Source: Armatimonadota bacterium
Lineage (GTDB): Bacteria > Armatimonadota > UBA5829 > DTLH01
Direction: 5' to 3'
DNA length: 64,000 nucleotides
Assembly (NCBI GenBank): GCA_039679675.1
Contig: JBDKUN010000059.1
Span: forward strand, 51,105-115,104
Positions 1 through 9,641 of the stretch are shown here, in pieces. Numbering within the stretch: the stretch's first letter is position 1; the number at the start of each line of letters is the position of its first letter. The notes beneath the pieces are model-generated. The model worked only from the letters and a program-made list of their open reading frames with translations, was not told the DNA's origin and did not search any database. The translations under genes were made by a program, and so were the position numbers.

Positions 1-969
1 TCACCTGAAGCCGGTGATCGCGTTGCACTCAATACCACGGCAGTCTCTCTCAGTCTCGGTACAGGCGGTCTGCACTTCATCATTGAAAACCTCTCAAGAG
101 AAGACGAGGTATTAAACGATGGTCCTGGGCATATAATGAAGCTGCGTTATACACCAGAGCAGCACGCTGTCCTTTCAGTCGAAGAGGAAGACAGCCCCCA
201 TCGAGATCTGATAGATAGTTTCCAGTCGCTAAACAAAATGCCGGTCATCATAGGCCAGCTTCACAGCCAGGTAGCACCCGCAGCTGCCGCAATAAAGCGA
301 TTGACCCAACCGAAGGCAAAAATCGCTTATATCATGACCGATTCAGCTGCTCTTCCCATCGCATTCAGCAGGATTGTCAGCCAGATGAAGGATAAAGGGC
401 TTTTGGACGTTACGATAACCGCAGGGCAGGCATTCGGCGGCGATATTGAGGCAGTAAACGTCTACAGCGCCTTAATTGCTGCAAAAGCTGCTGCGAATGC
501 TGATGTTGCAATAGTCTGCCAGGGCCCTGGAAACGTAGGTACAGGCACAAAATACGGATTTTCAGGAATAGAGCAGGGTGAGATAGTAAACGCAGCTGCC
601 ATCCTTGGCGGAACGCCGGTCGCAATCCCCAGAATCAGCTTTGCAGACCCCAGGCCACGACACAGAGGCATCAGCCATCATACAATAACATCACTTTCGG
701 AAATTGCGCTTGCTCAAGCTATCGTTCCGCTTCCTATGATGGAAGAGATGAAACTTCTTACGGTCGAGGAGCAGGTTCGCCAAACATCCATTAACTACAA
801 GCATCGCATGCGGGTAATTGACGGTATGCCGGGTATTAGAGAATGCGCCGAACGGGGGATAAAACTCTCGACGATGGGCCGCGGGTTCAATGAAGATCCG
901 GAATTCTTCCTTGCGGCGGCTGCCGCCGGTGTTTTTGCGACGGAACTCCTCCGTTCGACAGGTATATAA
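1..969 (+). CDS. DUF3866-family protein, 5' end outside window
   Basis: Frame 1 is open from base 1 and runs into ORF 136..969. The stretch GPGHIMKLRYTPEQH and the Ala/Gly-rich core match my recollection of DUF3866. No start codon can be assigned. Confidence 0.6.
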   Translation, partial: SPEAGDRVALNTTAVSLSLGTGGLHFIIENLSREDEVLNDGPGHIMKLRYTPEQHAVLSVEEEDSPHRDLIDSFQSLNKMPVIIGQLHSQVAPAAAAIKRLTQPKAKIAYIMTDSAALPIAFSRIVSQMKDKGLLDVTITAGQAFGGDIEAVNVYSALIAAKAAANADVAIVCQGPGNVGTGTKYGFSGIEQGEIVNAAAILGGTPVAIPRISFADPRPRHRGISHHTITSLSEIALAQAIVPLPMMEEMKLLTVEEQVRQTSINYKHRMRVIDGMPGIRECAERGIKLSTMGRGFNEDPEFFLAAAAAGVFATELLRSTGI

Positions 970-1079
970 AACCAATTTGCAGATGCAATATCTTGACAGC
1001 CATTTGCACTTGGTTTACTATTCCACTAAGAATTGTTGGGATTCTAAGCCAAGGAGATAGTGCATATCATAAGGAGAAC

Positions 1080-1748
1080 ATGATGCAGAAAAACTCAAAA
1101 ATATTCGTTTTATTATTGCTTGTGATAGCTATAATCGCGGTAGTCGCTGTAAAGAGTAAAAAAACGACTGAGAAATCGCAGATTGCAAAAGTTGAAGAGA
1201 AATCCGTTGAGCAAAAATCATCACTCAAAAAGGTAGGAGTCTCCGTAGAAGAGCCTGCAGCAAATCTCAAAAAGGAGACAACTGAAACTGCAAAGACTAC
1301 CGATGAAAAATTGCCTGCAGCGAAAGATAAAACATCTGCGACTTTAGCTAAACCAGTCCCGGCTAACCAAAAGAATGTAAAGCCGATAGATATTAAGCCA
1401 TTGAATACTACAGCTAAACCTGCCAAGGCCAGTCCTTCCCAGAGTGGAAAGAATATTCGTCCCGTAAAATTGATTGAGCTTGGTGCGCCTGCTTGTGCTC
1501 CTTGTAAAAAGATGCTCCCGATCATGGATGAGCTGAAGCGCGATTATGCCGGTAAACTAGAGATAGTTCTCATCAATGTCCAGGAAGATGAGAAAGCGAT
1601 AGATAAATACAATGTCAACACGATCCCGGCCCAGATATTTCTTGACTCAAAAGGACATGAGATCTTCCGCCATGAAGGTAAATATACCAAAGCCGAAATA
1701 CTAAACGCCTTCAAATCACATGGAGTAAATCTGAAGAGTTCCAAATAA
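1080..1748 (+). CDS. membrane-anchored thioredoxin-like protein (CAPC active site)
   Basis: AAGGAGA lies 3 nt upstream of the ATG at 1080. The protein has an N-terminal TM helix (IFVLLLLVIAIIAVVAV), a long Lys/Ala/Pro-rich linker and a C-terminal Trx fold with the CAPC motif. Confidence 0.8.
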   Translation: MMQKNSKIFVLLLLVIAIIAVVAVKSKKTTEKSQIAKVEEKSVEQKSSLKKVGVSVEEPAANLKKETTETAKTTDEKLPAAKDKTSATLAKPVPANQKNVKPIDIKPLNTTAKPAKASPSQSGKNIRPVKLIELGAPACAPCKKMLPIMDELKRDYAGKLEIVLINVQEDEKAIDKYNVNTIPAQIFLDSKGHEIFRHEGKYTKAEILNAFKSHGVNLKSSK

Positions 1749-1761
1749 GCTGTGAACTGTT

Positions 1762-2571
1762 CTAAAGAGCTTTGCTTGCAGGCATGAGAATCTGGTTCAA
1801 TCTTTCGAATGCCTGCATCCAACTCCATCCCTCCGGCGGCATCGTTTCAAGCGTCATCGTGGCGTGCGTATTAAACCTTGCCCGAAGTTCTGCGAAAACC
1901 GGCCAGTCAATTGTGCCAAAACCTGGGAATTTGTGCTGGTCTGTCAGCCCATCGTTATCATGAAGGTGCATGGTAACAGTATAAGGTAACAGCTTTTTTG
2001 TCTGTTCCTTGAAACTGGGCGAAAGGTTGGCATGCCCGGTATCGAAACACACTCCAACTGAGTCTGAGTTTGCAGCTTCGACTAATCTGACTAATTCTTC
2101 TTCAGAGCAGCAGAGGTATCCGGGAGGCATATTCTCTACTGCGAGGACAACTCCTGATTCCTTTGCAATTACCGCCAGTTCCCGTATGACACCTGTTGAT
2201 CTATCAAGCCGCCTGGCTCTGTCATCTAAAACGGTTCCGTTGCCGGGGTGGACTATAGTATATGAGGCTCCAAGAACGTGAGTGAACTCGATAGCTTCTA
2301 TCAAAGATGCGACACCATGCTCGTGCACGTTGTCGTCGAACGATGAGAAATCAACATTACCGCCAAACGGGGCGTGGACGGAGTTTACACGGAGCCTTGC
2401 ATTTTGCAGTTTACATAAAAGTTGGTCCATTTCAATCGGTCCAACCTCATCGAGAAAACAACTGCTTCCCATCCCCACCTCAATTGACGATACACCTTGC
2501 CCTTCATAGCTTGAAATAGTATCAAATAATTCTGAAATACTCTGGCGCATTGCAAAACCAACGAGTTTCAT
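1762..2571 (-). CDS. sugar phosphate isomerase/epimerase (xylose-isomerase-like TIM barrel)
   Basis: 269-aa ORF with family-typical motifs (VHAPF, YTIVHPG, LAVENMP, CFDTGHANL). Confidence 0.7.
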   Translation of the reverse strand: MKLVGFAMRQSISELFDTISSYEGQGVSSIEVGMGSSCFLDEVGPIEMDQLLCKLQNARLRVNSVHAPFGGNVDFSSFDDNVHEHGVASLIEAIEFTHVLGASYTIVHPGNGTVLDDRARRLDRSTGVIRELAVIAKESGVVLAVENMPPGYLCCSEEELVRLVEAANSDSVGVCFDTGHANLSPSFKEQTKKLLPYTVTMHLHDNDGLTDQHKFPGFGTIDWPVFAELRARFNTHATMTLETMPPEGWSWMQAFERLNQILMPASKAL

Positions 2572-2612
2572 TTAAATATCCTTGAGAAATTAGAATATAT
2601 TAACTAACTCTT

Positions 2613-3089
2613 CTACCTATACCCGCCGTTTTCCTCCTGCGTATCTCTACGTACAAATGCTCCACCGAACACAATCCCGGCTGCGATGATCACCAGATTT
2701 TTTACAACAAACTCACCATCTATGGTCAGAAGCAAAGGGTTGCCGTGTTGGAAAGCTGTTTCAGGACGGACTAGAAGGACAAGAAACGTTCCGGCGAGTT
2801 GCGCCCACATCAAAAGCAGCGTAAGGCGCATCCATAACTTGAGCAGAAGCAGAGTCCCTATCAGCACTTCCCACACACCCAGCACAGGCACAAAAATATC
2901 CGGGGCAATCCAGTATACAGTGCGGGCAACAAGGTCGTTTACCGGGCTTTCACCAACCAGCTTGAGCACACCAAACCAGATAAATACTATGGAGACCGAT
3001 ATACGCAGTATGTCAGTGCCCCAGCGCCGCATAAAACGCGTAAGCGTTATATCAATTTGATCATACACATTCAGCAGCCAATGAATCAT
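2613..3089 (-). CDS. small polytopic membrane protein, DoxX/DUF417 (YkgB)-like
   Basis: The segment ILRISVSIVFIWFGVLKLV resembles the YkgB/DoxX N-terminal helix, and four hydrophobic segments are present. I chose the start at internal Met MIHWLL. The longer 2613..3185 version would overlap the uvrB upstream region. Confidence 0.5.
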   Translation of the reverse strand: MIHWLLNVYDQIDITLTRFMRRWGTDILRISVSIVFIWFGVLKLVGESPVNDLVARTVYWIAPDIFVPVLGVWEVLIGTLLLLKLWMRLTLLLMWAQLAGTFLVLLVRPETAFQHGNPLLLTIDGEFVVKNLVIIAAGIVFGGAFVRRDTQEENGGYR

Positions 3090-3201
3090 ATCTATAAGGT
3101 TACCAGCTTTAAGTAGTACTAAACATGCTAAAAAATATCGGCAGCTATAATGCGTTCCATTGCTTGGCAATATGGCCTTGATCAAGTATCATGTACTCAC
3201 G

Positions 3202-5190
3202 ATGACGGAGTTCAGGATAAAATCAGAATTTGAGCCTACGGGAGACCAGCCGGAGGCTATAGATAAGCTGGTTGCGGGGATAAGCAGTGGCCACCGCTAC
3301 CAGACGCTTGTTGGCGTCACAGGGTCGGGAAAAACCTTTACGATGGCCAATGTGATTGCGCGTGTACAGCGCCCGACTCTTGTCATTGCCCACAACAAAA
3401 CGCTTGCTGCGCAGCTTGCAGGTGAGTTCAGGGAGTTTTTCCCGGATAACGCCGTCGAATACTTCGTTTCATATTATGACTACTATCAGCCTGAAGCATA
3501 TATCCCTCAGACGGATACATATATAGAGAAAGATTCAGCGATAAATGATGAGATAGACCGGCTTCGGCATGCTGCAACGCAGGCAGTGCTGGAGCGGCGT
3601 GATGTAATAGTGGTCGCGAGTGTTTCTTCCATCTATGGCTTGGGGTCACCGGAAGACTATGCTGCTACCGTGCTCGCAATAGAGCGCGGGAAGGCATACA
3701 GCCGGGAGTCGATGCTCCGCCGGTTGATCGACATGCAGTTCAGCCGGAACGATATGGCGCTCTCGCGCGGGACATTCCGTGTGAAGGGCGACATCATGGA
3801 GATTCAGCCCGTAGATGAGGAGATAATTACACGGGTAGAGTTCTTCGGCGATGAAGTAGAGAAGATTACCGTCATAGATCCGGTAACAGGAGAAGTGATA
3901 ACAGGGAAGGACAGGGTAACGATCTTCCCCGCATCACACTTCATTACTCCATGGGACAAGATGGAGCGTGCGCTCAAAGATATCGAAGCCGAGCTTGCCG
4001 CACAGATAGAGTATTTCCAGAAGCAGGGAAAGCTCTTGGAAGCCCAGCGGATAGAGCAGCGGACAAATTACGACATGGAGATGATGCGCGAGGTCGGTTA
4101 CTGCTCTGGAATTGAGAACTATTCTCGCATTCTGGACGACCGCGCGCCCGGTACACCGCCGCACACGCTGCTCGACTACTTCCCGGATGATTTTTTGCTG
4201 ATGATCGACGAGTCTCACCAGACGATTCCGCAGCTTCATGGGATGTATAACGGCGACCGCTCGCGCAAGACCACACTTGTGGAGTTCGGATTCAGGCTGC
4301 CGAGCGCGCTCGACAACAGGCCGCTTAGGTTCGAGGAGTTCAAGGAGCGAATAAATCAGACCGTATTCGTCTCAGCAACGCCTGGGCCGTTCGAAATGGA
4401 AAACAGCGGGCAGATGGTCGAGCAGTTGATCCGTCCGACCGGTTTGATCGACCCTGAGATAGAGGTCAGACCGACAAAAGGTCAGATAGACGATCTCATA
4501 GAGGAGATTCGGATCCGCGTAGAGAAGAACGAGCGAGTGCTTGTGACGACACTTACGAAACGGATGGCAGAAGACCTGTCGGAATATCTGCTCGATCTTG
4601 AGATGAAGGTCCACTATCTGCACTCAGACATAAAAACGCTGGAACGGTTGGAAATACTGCGCGACCTGCGGCTCGGTGTATATGACATCGTGATCGGCAT
4701 CAACTTGCTGCGTGAAGGACTGGACCTGCCGGAGGTCACACTCGTTGCTATTCTAGACGCAGATAAAGAGGGCTTTCTCAGGTCGGAGACGTCGCTCATC
4801 CAGACCATCGGACGCGCCGCGAGAAATGTTAACGGCAAAGTGCTGATGTACGCGGACAACATAACCGACTCCATGCGCCGCGCTATAGATGAGACGAACC
4901 GGCGCCGCAAAATACAGATGGACTACAACGAGGAGCACAACATCACTCCGCAGACGATCCAGAAGGCCGTTCGAGATGTAATTGAGTCTAAAACCGCCGC
5001 TGTGACGAAGGAATACTATGGCCTGTCCAGGCAGGATGTGAAGAACATCCCTTTGGACGAAGTAATGCTGATGCTTGCCAATCTGGAGCGCGAGATGAAG
5101 CAGGCGGCAAAAGCGCTGGACTTCGAACACGCTGCTGAATGCCGCGACGAGATGACCCGTATCAAGAAACTGCTGCCGAACATGAAATGA
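3202..5190 (+). CDS. uvrB: excinuclease ABC subunit B
   Basis: Contains F.I.S.F.PTGDQP.AI, Walker A GVTGSGKT, a DESH box and the C-terminal UVR motif ([13 protein letters not shown]). Start placed at [10 protein letters not shown]. The ORF is open from 3160. Confidence 0.95.
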   Translation: MTEFRIKSEFEPTGDQPEAIDKLVAGISSGHRYQTLVGVTGSGKTFTMANVIARVQRPTLVIAHNKTLAAQLAGEFREFFPDNAVEYFVSYYDYYQPEAYIPQTDTYIEKDSAINDEIDRLRHAATQAVLERRDVIVVASVSSIYGLGSPEDYAATVLAIERGKAYSRESMLRRLIDMQFSRNDMALSRGTFRVKGDIMEIQPVDEEIITRVEFFGDEVEKITVIDPVTGEVITGKDRVTIFPASHFITPWDKMERALKDIEAELAAQIEYFQKQGKLLEAQRIEQRTNYDMEMMREVGYCSGIENYSRILDDRAPGTPPHTLLDYFPDDFLLMIDESHQTIPQLHGMYNGDRSRKTTLVEFGFRLPSALDNRPLRFEEFKERINQTVFVSATPGPFEMENSGQMVEQLIRPTGLIDPEIEVRPTKGQIDDLIEEIRIRVEKNERVLVTTLTKRMAEDLSEYLLDLEMKVHYLHSDIKTLERLEILRDLRLGVYDIVIGINLLREGLDLPEVTLVAILDADKEGFLRSETSLIQTIGRAARNVNGKVLMYADNITDSMRRAIDETNRRRKIQMDYNEEHNITPQTIQKAVRDVIESKTAAVTKEYYGLSRQDVKNIPLDEVMLMLANLEREMKQAAKALDFEHAAECRDEMTRIKKLLPNMK

Positions 5191-5238
5191 TGAGATATCT
5201 ATCAGCCATACACGATATTCCAACTGTTTCTTTGGAGT

Positions 5239-5263
5239 GCGGAAGCATTAGCTTCCGCTTTTC
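5239..5263 (+). terminator. intrinsic terminator after uvrB
   Basis: GCGGAAGC-atta-GCTTCCGC followed by TTTTC. Confidence 0.65.
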
Positions 5264-5336
5264 TATCGATATTTTCTTCTGAATTGGTAAATAAACTAGA
5301 CTTTAACGTTCAATTTATAATTCCGGGAGGATAACC

Positions 5337-5684
5337 ATGCAAGAGATAATAGCAGCCTGTGGTCTGGTGTGCAGTAAATGTGGGGCTTACATTGCGACTA
5401 AAGCAAACGATGCCGAGGCCATAGAGAATGTCGCAAAAGAGTGGTCATCGCAGTTTGGGGCGGATATTAAGCCGGAGGTGGTGTGGTGCGACGGATGCAT
5501 GACCGATGGCAGCCGGAAGTGCGGGCATGTCGGTGAGTGTCAAATTCGCGCATGCGCAATCGAACGTGGATTAGTAAATTGTGCAGGTTGTGCAGACTTC
5601 GGGTGCGGGAAGATCAGTGAACTTCTTAACGCAGCCCCAGAAGCATGTGAGACAATGGAGAAACTGCGGAATTCAAACAAATAG
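5337..5684 (+). CDS. DUF3795-like cysteine-rich protein
   Basis: GGGAGGA RBS precedes the start. The cysteine pattern CGLVCSKCGAY...WCDGC...C...C..C..C matches my recollection of DUF3795. Confidence 0.65.
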   Translation: MQEIIAACGLVCSKCGAYIATKANDAEAIENVAKEWSSQFGADIKPEVVWCDGCMTDGSRKCGHVGECQIRACAIERGLVNCAGCADFGCGKISELLNAAPEACETMEKLRNSNK

Positions 5685-5695
5685 TAAATTACTGA

Positions 5696-5718
5696 GGGGG
5701 ATGCGTGTTACATCCCCC
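5696..5718. terminator. bidirectional hairpin between convergent genes
   Basis: GGGGGATG-cgtgtta-CATCCCCC lies between the stops of 5337..5684 (+) and 5728..7161 (-). Confidence 0.55.
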
Positions 5719-5727
5719 AACATATTA

Positions 5728-7161
5728 CTATGCAGCTTCAGGTTTCTGTTTTTGATCGCCTTTTTTAGGCTCAGCCGCATTATTGGATTTTACGATTTCC
5801 ACAAAAAGATCGACCAGTTCAGGGTCGAATTGAGTCCCGGCGCAGCGTTTGATCTCTTCCAGCGCATCTTCCCTGGAAAGCGCATTGCGGTAAGTTCTGT
5901 CCGAGATCATGGCGTCATAGGCATCAGCCAGACCTATTATCCGGGCAATCAGCGGGATATTCTTTCCTGAAAGCCCGTTAGGGTATCCCAGCCCATCGTA
6001 TCTCTCATGATGATGCCTCACTGCAGGGACTATTGAACTCAATTGCTGGACCTTCTCAAGTATTTCTGAACCAATCTTGGGATGCTCCTCTATCATCTGC
6101 CATTCGTCCATCTTTAGAGGACCCGGCTTATGAAGTATGGATTCAGGTGTACTGATCTTACCTATGTCATGAAGAAGAGCAGCGGCCTTAAGGTTCTCGA
6201 TCTCCGTAGGAGATAACCCCAACTTATCGGCAAGTGCAAGCGAATAGCGAGTTACCGCGTCGGAATGACCCTTAGTGAACCGGTCTTTTGCGTCTACTGC
6301 GGCTGACAGTGCTTCGATGGCATCCATGGGCTTGTCCACTAAAAGCGCCTTCACTGTATCGGATGTAGTGCGGTATGATTGCTTGAAAGACTCTTCATAG
6401 ATAAGAGCTTTGTTTTTACCTGTTCGCTTTGCGTAATATAACGCAGTATCGGCGTTAAGTATGATATTATGGCGAGTCTTGCCATGATCGGGATACGCAG
6501 CGATACCTGCACTGACCGTAACTGAAGCCACGCCCGGGAATTTGAGCGACGCGTCACGCTCCAATACCCCTCTTATCCTGTCTGCGACAACCTTTGCTTC
6601 ATCAGCTCCTGCCTCAGGAAGTATTACAACAAATTCTTCGCCGCCATATCGAGCAAGAATATCTATAGTACGTATGTTATCACGGCATATCTCGCCGAAC
6701 CAACTTAGCAGCCGGTCGCCTTCCTGGTGGCCCCGGCGATCATTGAATGCCTTGAAATCATCGAGATCGAACATAGCAAGAGACAGACGCCTGCCGTAAC
6801 GCTGCGCCCGCTCTATCTCCGCTGTTAACCTGTCCTGGAAATAGCGGTGATTATAACAGCTTGTCAGTCCATCAACATTCGCTTTCATTTCTGCCCGCTT
6901 GCGGAAGTAGACCTGGCGGTCGAACAGGTAGCCGGTAGTGACGGAAAGCCCTGTAATCCCGCAAACCCAGGCAATGAATGTAAATGGATGGCGCGGCAGG
7001 ATCTGTTCGAGCTGCAGTAATAGACACGGCAGCGGTTTTTGCCCCATCGCAGCAGACTCTGCGGAATATCCCCACACACCAATCGCATAGCTCAATACCG
7101 CAAATAGCATTCCCGTGAAGTAGGATATAACCCTGAATGTCATTTTCGGACCATTGTCCAT
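5728..7161 (-). CDS. membrane-associated diguanylate cyclase (GGDEF) fused to HD-GYP phosphodiesterase
   Basis: RTIDILARYGGEEF gives an RxxD I-site plus GGEEF. HDIGK and HHERYDGLGYP give the HD-GYP domain. The N-terminus is hydrophobic. The ORF is open to a TTG at 7209, and ATGs at 7161 or 7143 are alternative starts. Confidence 0.85.
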   Translation of the reverse strand: MDNGPKMTFRVISYFTGMLFAVLSYAIGVWGYSAESAAMGQKPLPCLLLQLEQILPRHPFTFIAWVCGITGLSVTTGYLFDRQVYFRKRAEMKANVDGLTSCYNHRYFQDRLTAEIERAQRYGRRLSLAMFDLDDFKAFNDRRGHQEGDRLLSWFGEICRDNIRTIDILARYGGEEFVVILPEAGADEAKVVADRIRGVLERDASLKFPGVASVTVSAGIAAYPDHGKTRHNIILNADTALYYAKRTGKNKALIYEESFKQSYRTTSDTVKALLVDKPMDAIEALSAAVDAKDRFTKGHSDAVTRYSLALADKLGLSPTEIENLKAAALLHDIGKISTPESILHKPGPLKMDEWQMIEEHPKIGSEILEKVQQLSSIVPAVRHHHERYDGLGYPNGLSGKNIPLIARIIGLADAYDAMISDRTYRNALSREDALEEIKRCAGTQFDPELVDLFVEIVKSNNAAEPKKGDQKQKPEAA

Positions 7162-7483
7162 CCCTCGTTCCAAACTATAATCGCTGTTTCGTTTAAATAA
7201 ATCTGCCAAAAGTACTAAACTCCATCTAAAATGTAGTTGTTTATGGTAGATCAGAGCGCTGAAATATTAATGGAGCCTGTGTCGTTTGTAAAAACCGGCC
7301 GCATGAGCATTCTTCTCCACAATCGTAATTATTGGCTGAATGGCTGCTCTCTGCAGGTTAAGTGAGCGATAAAGTAAACGCAAAATATCAGCATAATAAT
7401 ACCGGCGCGGAACCATACACCCAGCCCGGCAGTCAAAAGAACAAGATTCTGCGATGGACATAATAAATACAAGGAGGCGAAAG

Positions 7484-8446
7484 ATGGATACCAGGAATGC
7501 CCAGGGGATAAGCATAAAGATGCAGGCTATCCAGGAAAGAGTGAGTACCGTAATAGTCGGAAAAGACGATGTAGTCCAAATGGTTCTGGCTTCTCTTCTG
7601 GCTGGGGGACACGTACTCATAGAAGATGTCCCCGGTGTGGGCAAGACCACTCTTGCAAAGGCAGTAGCAAAGGCTATAGGCAGTTCTTTCAGCCGCATAC
7701 AGTTCACGCCGGACCTTCTTCCATCCGATGTGACCGGAACATCCATCTACAACCAGAAAACAGGGGAGTTCGACTTCCACCCGGGGCCGGTGTTTTCAAG
7801 CGTTGTCCTCGCGGATGAGATAAACAGGGCCACACCAAAGACCCAGTCAGCTCTGCTTGAGTGCATGGAGGAGCTTCAGATCACTGTAGACGGTACGACA
7901 AGAGCGCTTCCGAGGCCGTTTCTGGTAATAGCAACCCAAAACAACATTGAGCATGGCAGCACCTACCCGCTTCCAGAAGCCCAGCTTGACAGGTTCCTTA
8001 TCAGAGTCTCTATCGGCTATCCGGACAGACACAGCGAGATCGCAGTGCTTGACGGTCATTTAAAAGAGCATCCTATCAATGCGATTACCCCTGCAATAAC
8101 GCCGGATGAACTTGCGTCCCTGCAGGAAGAAGTAAAAGACATTTACATAGATGATTCTCTCAAGGACTACATAGTAGATATTGTCACAGCGACCCGTAGC
8201 CGCCGGGATGTTCTGGTCGGTGCAAGCCCTCGCGGTTCGCTCGCCTTGATGCGCATAACCCGCGCGCTTGCAGCCGTTTCAGGAAGAGATTTCGTACTTC
8301 CTGATGACGTCAAAGCAGCCGCAGTCCCCACGCTTTCACACAGGCTGATAGTATCTCAGAACAGCTGGCGGTCTGATGCCGGAGACAATATAATCCGTGA
8401 TATCTTATCCTCTATTCCAGTACCGGTGAGATATGGACGCGCGTGA
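7484..8446 (+). CDS. MoxR-family AAA+ ATPase
   Basis: AAGGAGG lies 6 nt before the ATG at 7484. Walker A is PGVGKTT, Walker B is VVLADEINR, and the C-terminal SPRGS motif is MoxR-like. Confidence 0.9.
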   Translation: MDTRNAQGISIKMQAIQERVSTVIVGKDDVVQMVLASLLAGGHVLIEDVPGVGKTTLAKAVAKAIGSSFSRIQFTPDLLPSDVTGTSIYNQKTGEFDFHPGPVFSSVVLADEINRATPKTQSALLECMEELQITVDGTTRALPRPFLVIATQNNIEHGSTYPLPEAQLDRFLIRVSIGYPDRHSEIAVLDGHLKEHPINAITPAITPDELASLQEEVKDIYIDDSLKDYIVDIVTATRSRRDVLVGASPRGSLALMRITRALAAVSGRDFVLPDDVKAAAVPTLSHRLIVSQNSWRSDAGDNIIRDILSSIPVPVRYGRA

Positions 8447-9641
8447 CAAGATAAAAAACATCAAAGCGGATACCGGCAGCCTGATTTTGAACCCAAGGTT
8501 CATCGGGCCATGTCTCGCGGGCTTGTTCTGCCTCATTGTAGCTACAGTGCTGAATGTGGCGTATCTCTTTACTATGGCTACGATACTTCTCGCGCTGCCT
8601 TTCGCCGGTTATATCATCGGTATCATTATACTAAAGAATTGCACGGTCAAACGCGAGCCGCTGGTGGTAACGACACAGGGTGAAAGCGCATCCGTTACTG
8701 TTAAGGTCGAATGCCGCCTCGGCAGACTTTCTTCCGAGCTGACAGTGAATGATAAGCTGCCTAAATGGATCGAACCTGAAGAAAACACAGGGTTAGAAAT
8801 CTTTCATGAGCAATGTGTAGAGATACATTCATCGTTTAAGGCTCTCAGGCGCGGCCGGTATCAGATAGGTCCGGCGAGCTTACAGACCATTGACCCTCTA
8901 GGCATGCTCAGATTGCGGTGCAGAGTGCCCGGCAATACTGAATTGATAGTGCATCCAAGGCCTATTCCTTTCAGAATCAATCTGGTAGCAGGCGGAAACA
9001 TGGAATTCGAGCAATTGAACCTTTCAGGCCGTACTGCAGTCAGAGGAGACTTCGCCGGTGTCCGTGAATACCGCTTCGGAGACGAATTCAAGCGTATACA
9101 CTGGAAAACAACCGCACGTACGCAGCGTCTGTCTGTTATGGAGTTCGAGGATTCCACCATAGGGTCTGTAACGGTAATGCTTGACCTTTCAAAAGGCTGC
9201 GATTACGGAGCAGAGCCGGTAACATCGCTCGATATAGCAGCCGGCGCTGCTGCGTTTGCGCTTAAAGAGTGTTTGAGTCATAAGCGGCAGTCGAGATTAG
9301 CCATTCCGAGAGATAATACTGTATTGAACATAGATGTTCACAGACCGGGCAGTATAGACTCCGCGCTCAATGCTCTTTCAGATGCAAAAGCAGACTCAAC
9401 ACTTTCAGCAGTCGATCTGGTCGGGTCATGTCCCAACGGCTCCAGCGCAATATTGATTGCGACTAAAGCCACAAAGGAAACTATAGCAGCGGTACGGGAT
9501 GCTGCATTGCGTAATATCAGCTTCATTGTGGCATTGGTCGACCCTGAGCCGTTCGGCAGGCATTCTGATGATGAAGTATCGATAGCCGGACTGGAGCAAG
9601 CCGGTGCGAATGTCGAGCTTATACGGGAGGTACGGCAATGA
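8433..9641 (+). CDS. DUF58 domain protein (MoxR partner)
   Basis: Overlaps the MoxR stop. Has two N-terminal TM helices and the core motif GDFAGVREYRFGDEFKRIHWKTTAR...VMEFE typical of DUF58. Confidence 0.8.
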   Translation: MDARDKIKNIKADTGSLILNPRFIGPCLAGLFCLIVATVLNVAYLFTMATILLALPFAGYIIGIIILKNCTVKREPLVVTTQGESASVTVKVECRLGRLSSELTVNDKLPKWIEPEENTGLEIFHEQCVEIHSSFKALRRGRYQIGPASLQTIDPLGMLRLRCRVPGNTELIVHPRPIPFRINLVAGGNMEFEQLNLSGRTAVRGDFAGVREYRFGDEFKRIHWKTTARTQRLSVMEFEDSTIGSVTVMLDLSKGCDYGAEPVTSLDIAAGAAAFALKECLSHKRQSRLAIPRDNTVLNIDVHRPGSIDSALNALSDAKADSTLSAVDLVGSCPNGSSAILIATKATKETIAAVRDAALRNISFIVALVDPEPFGRHSDDEVSIAGLEQAGANVELIREVRQ

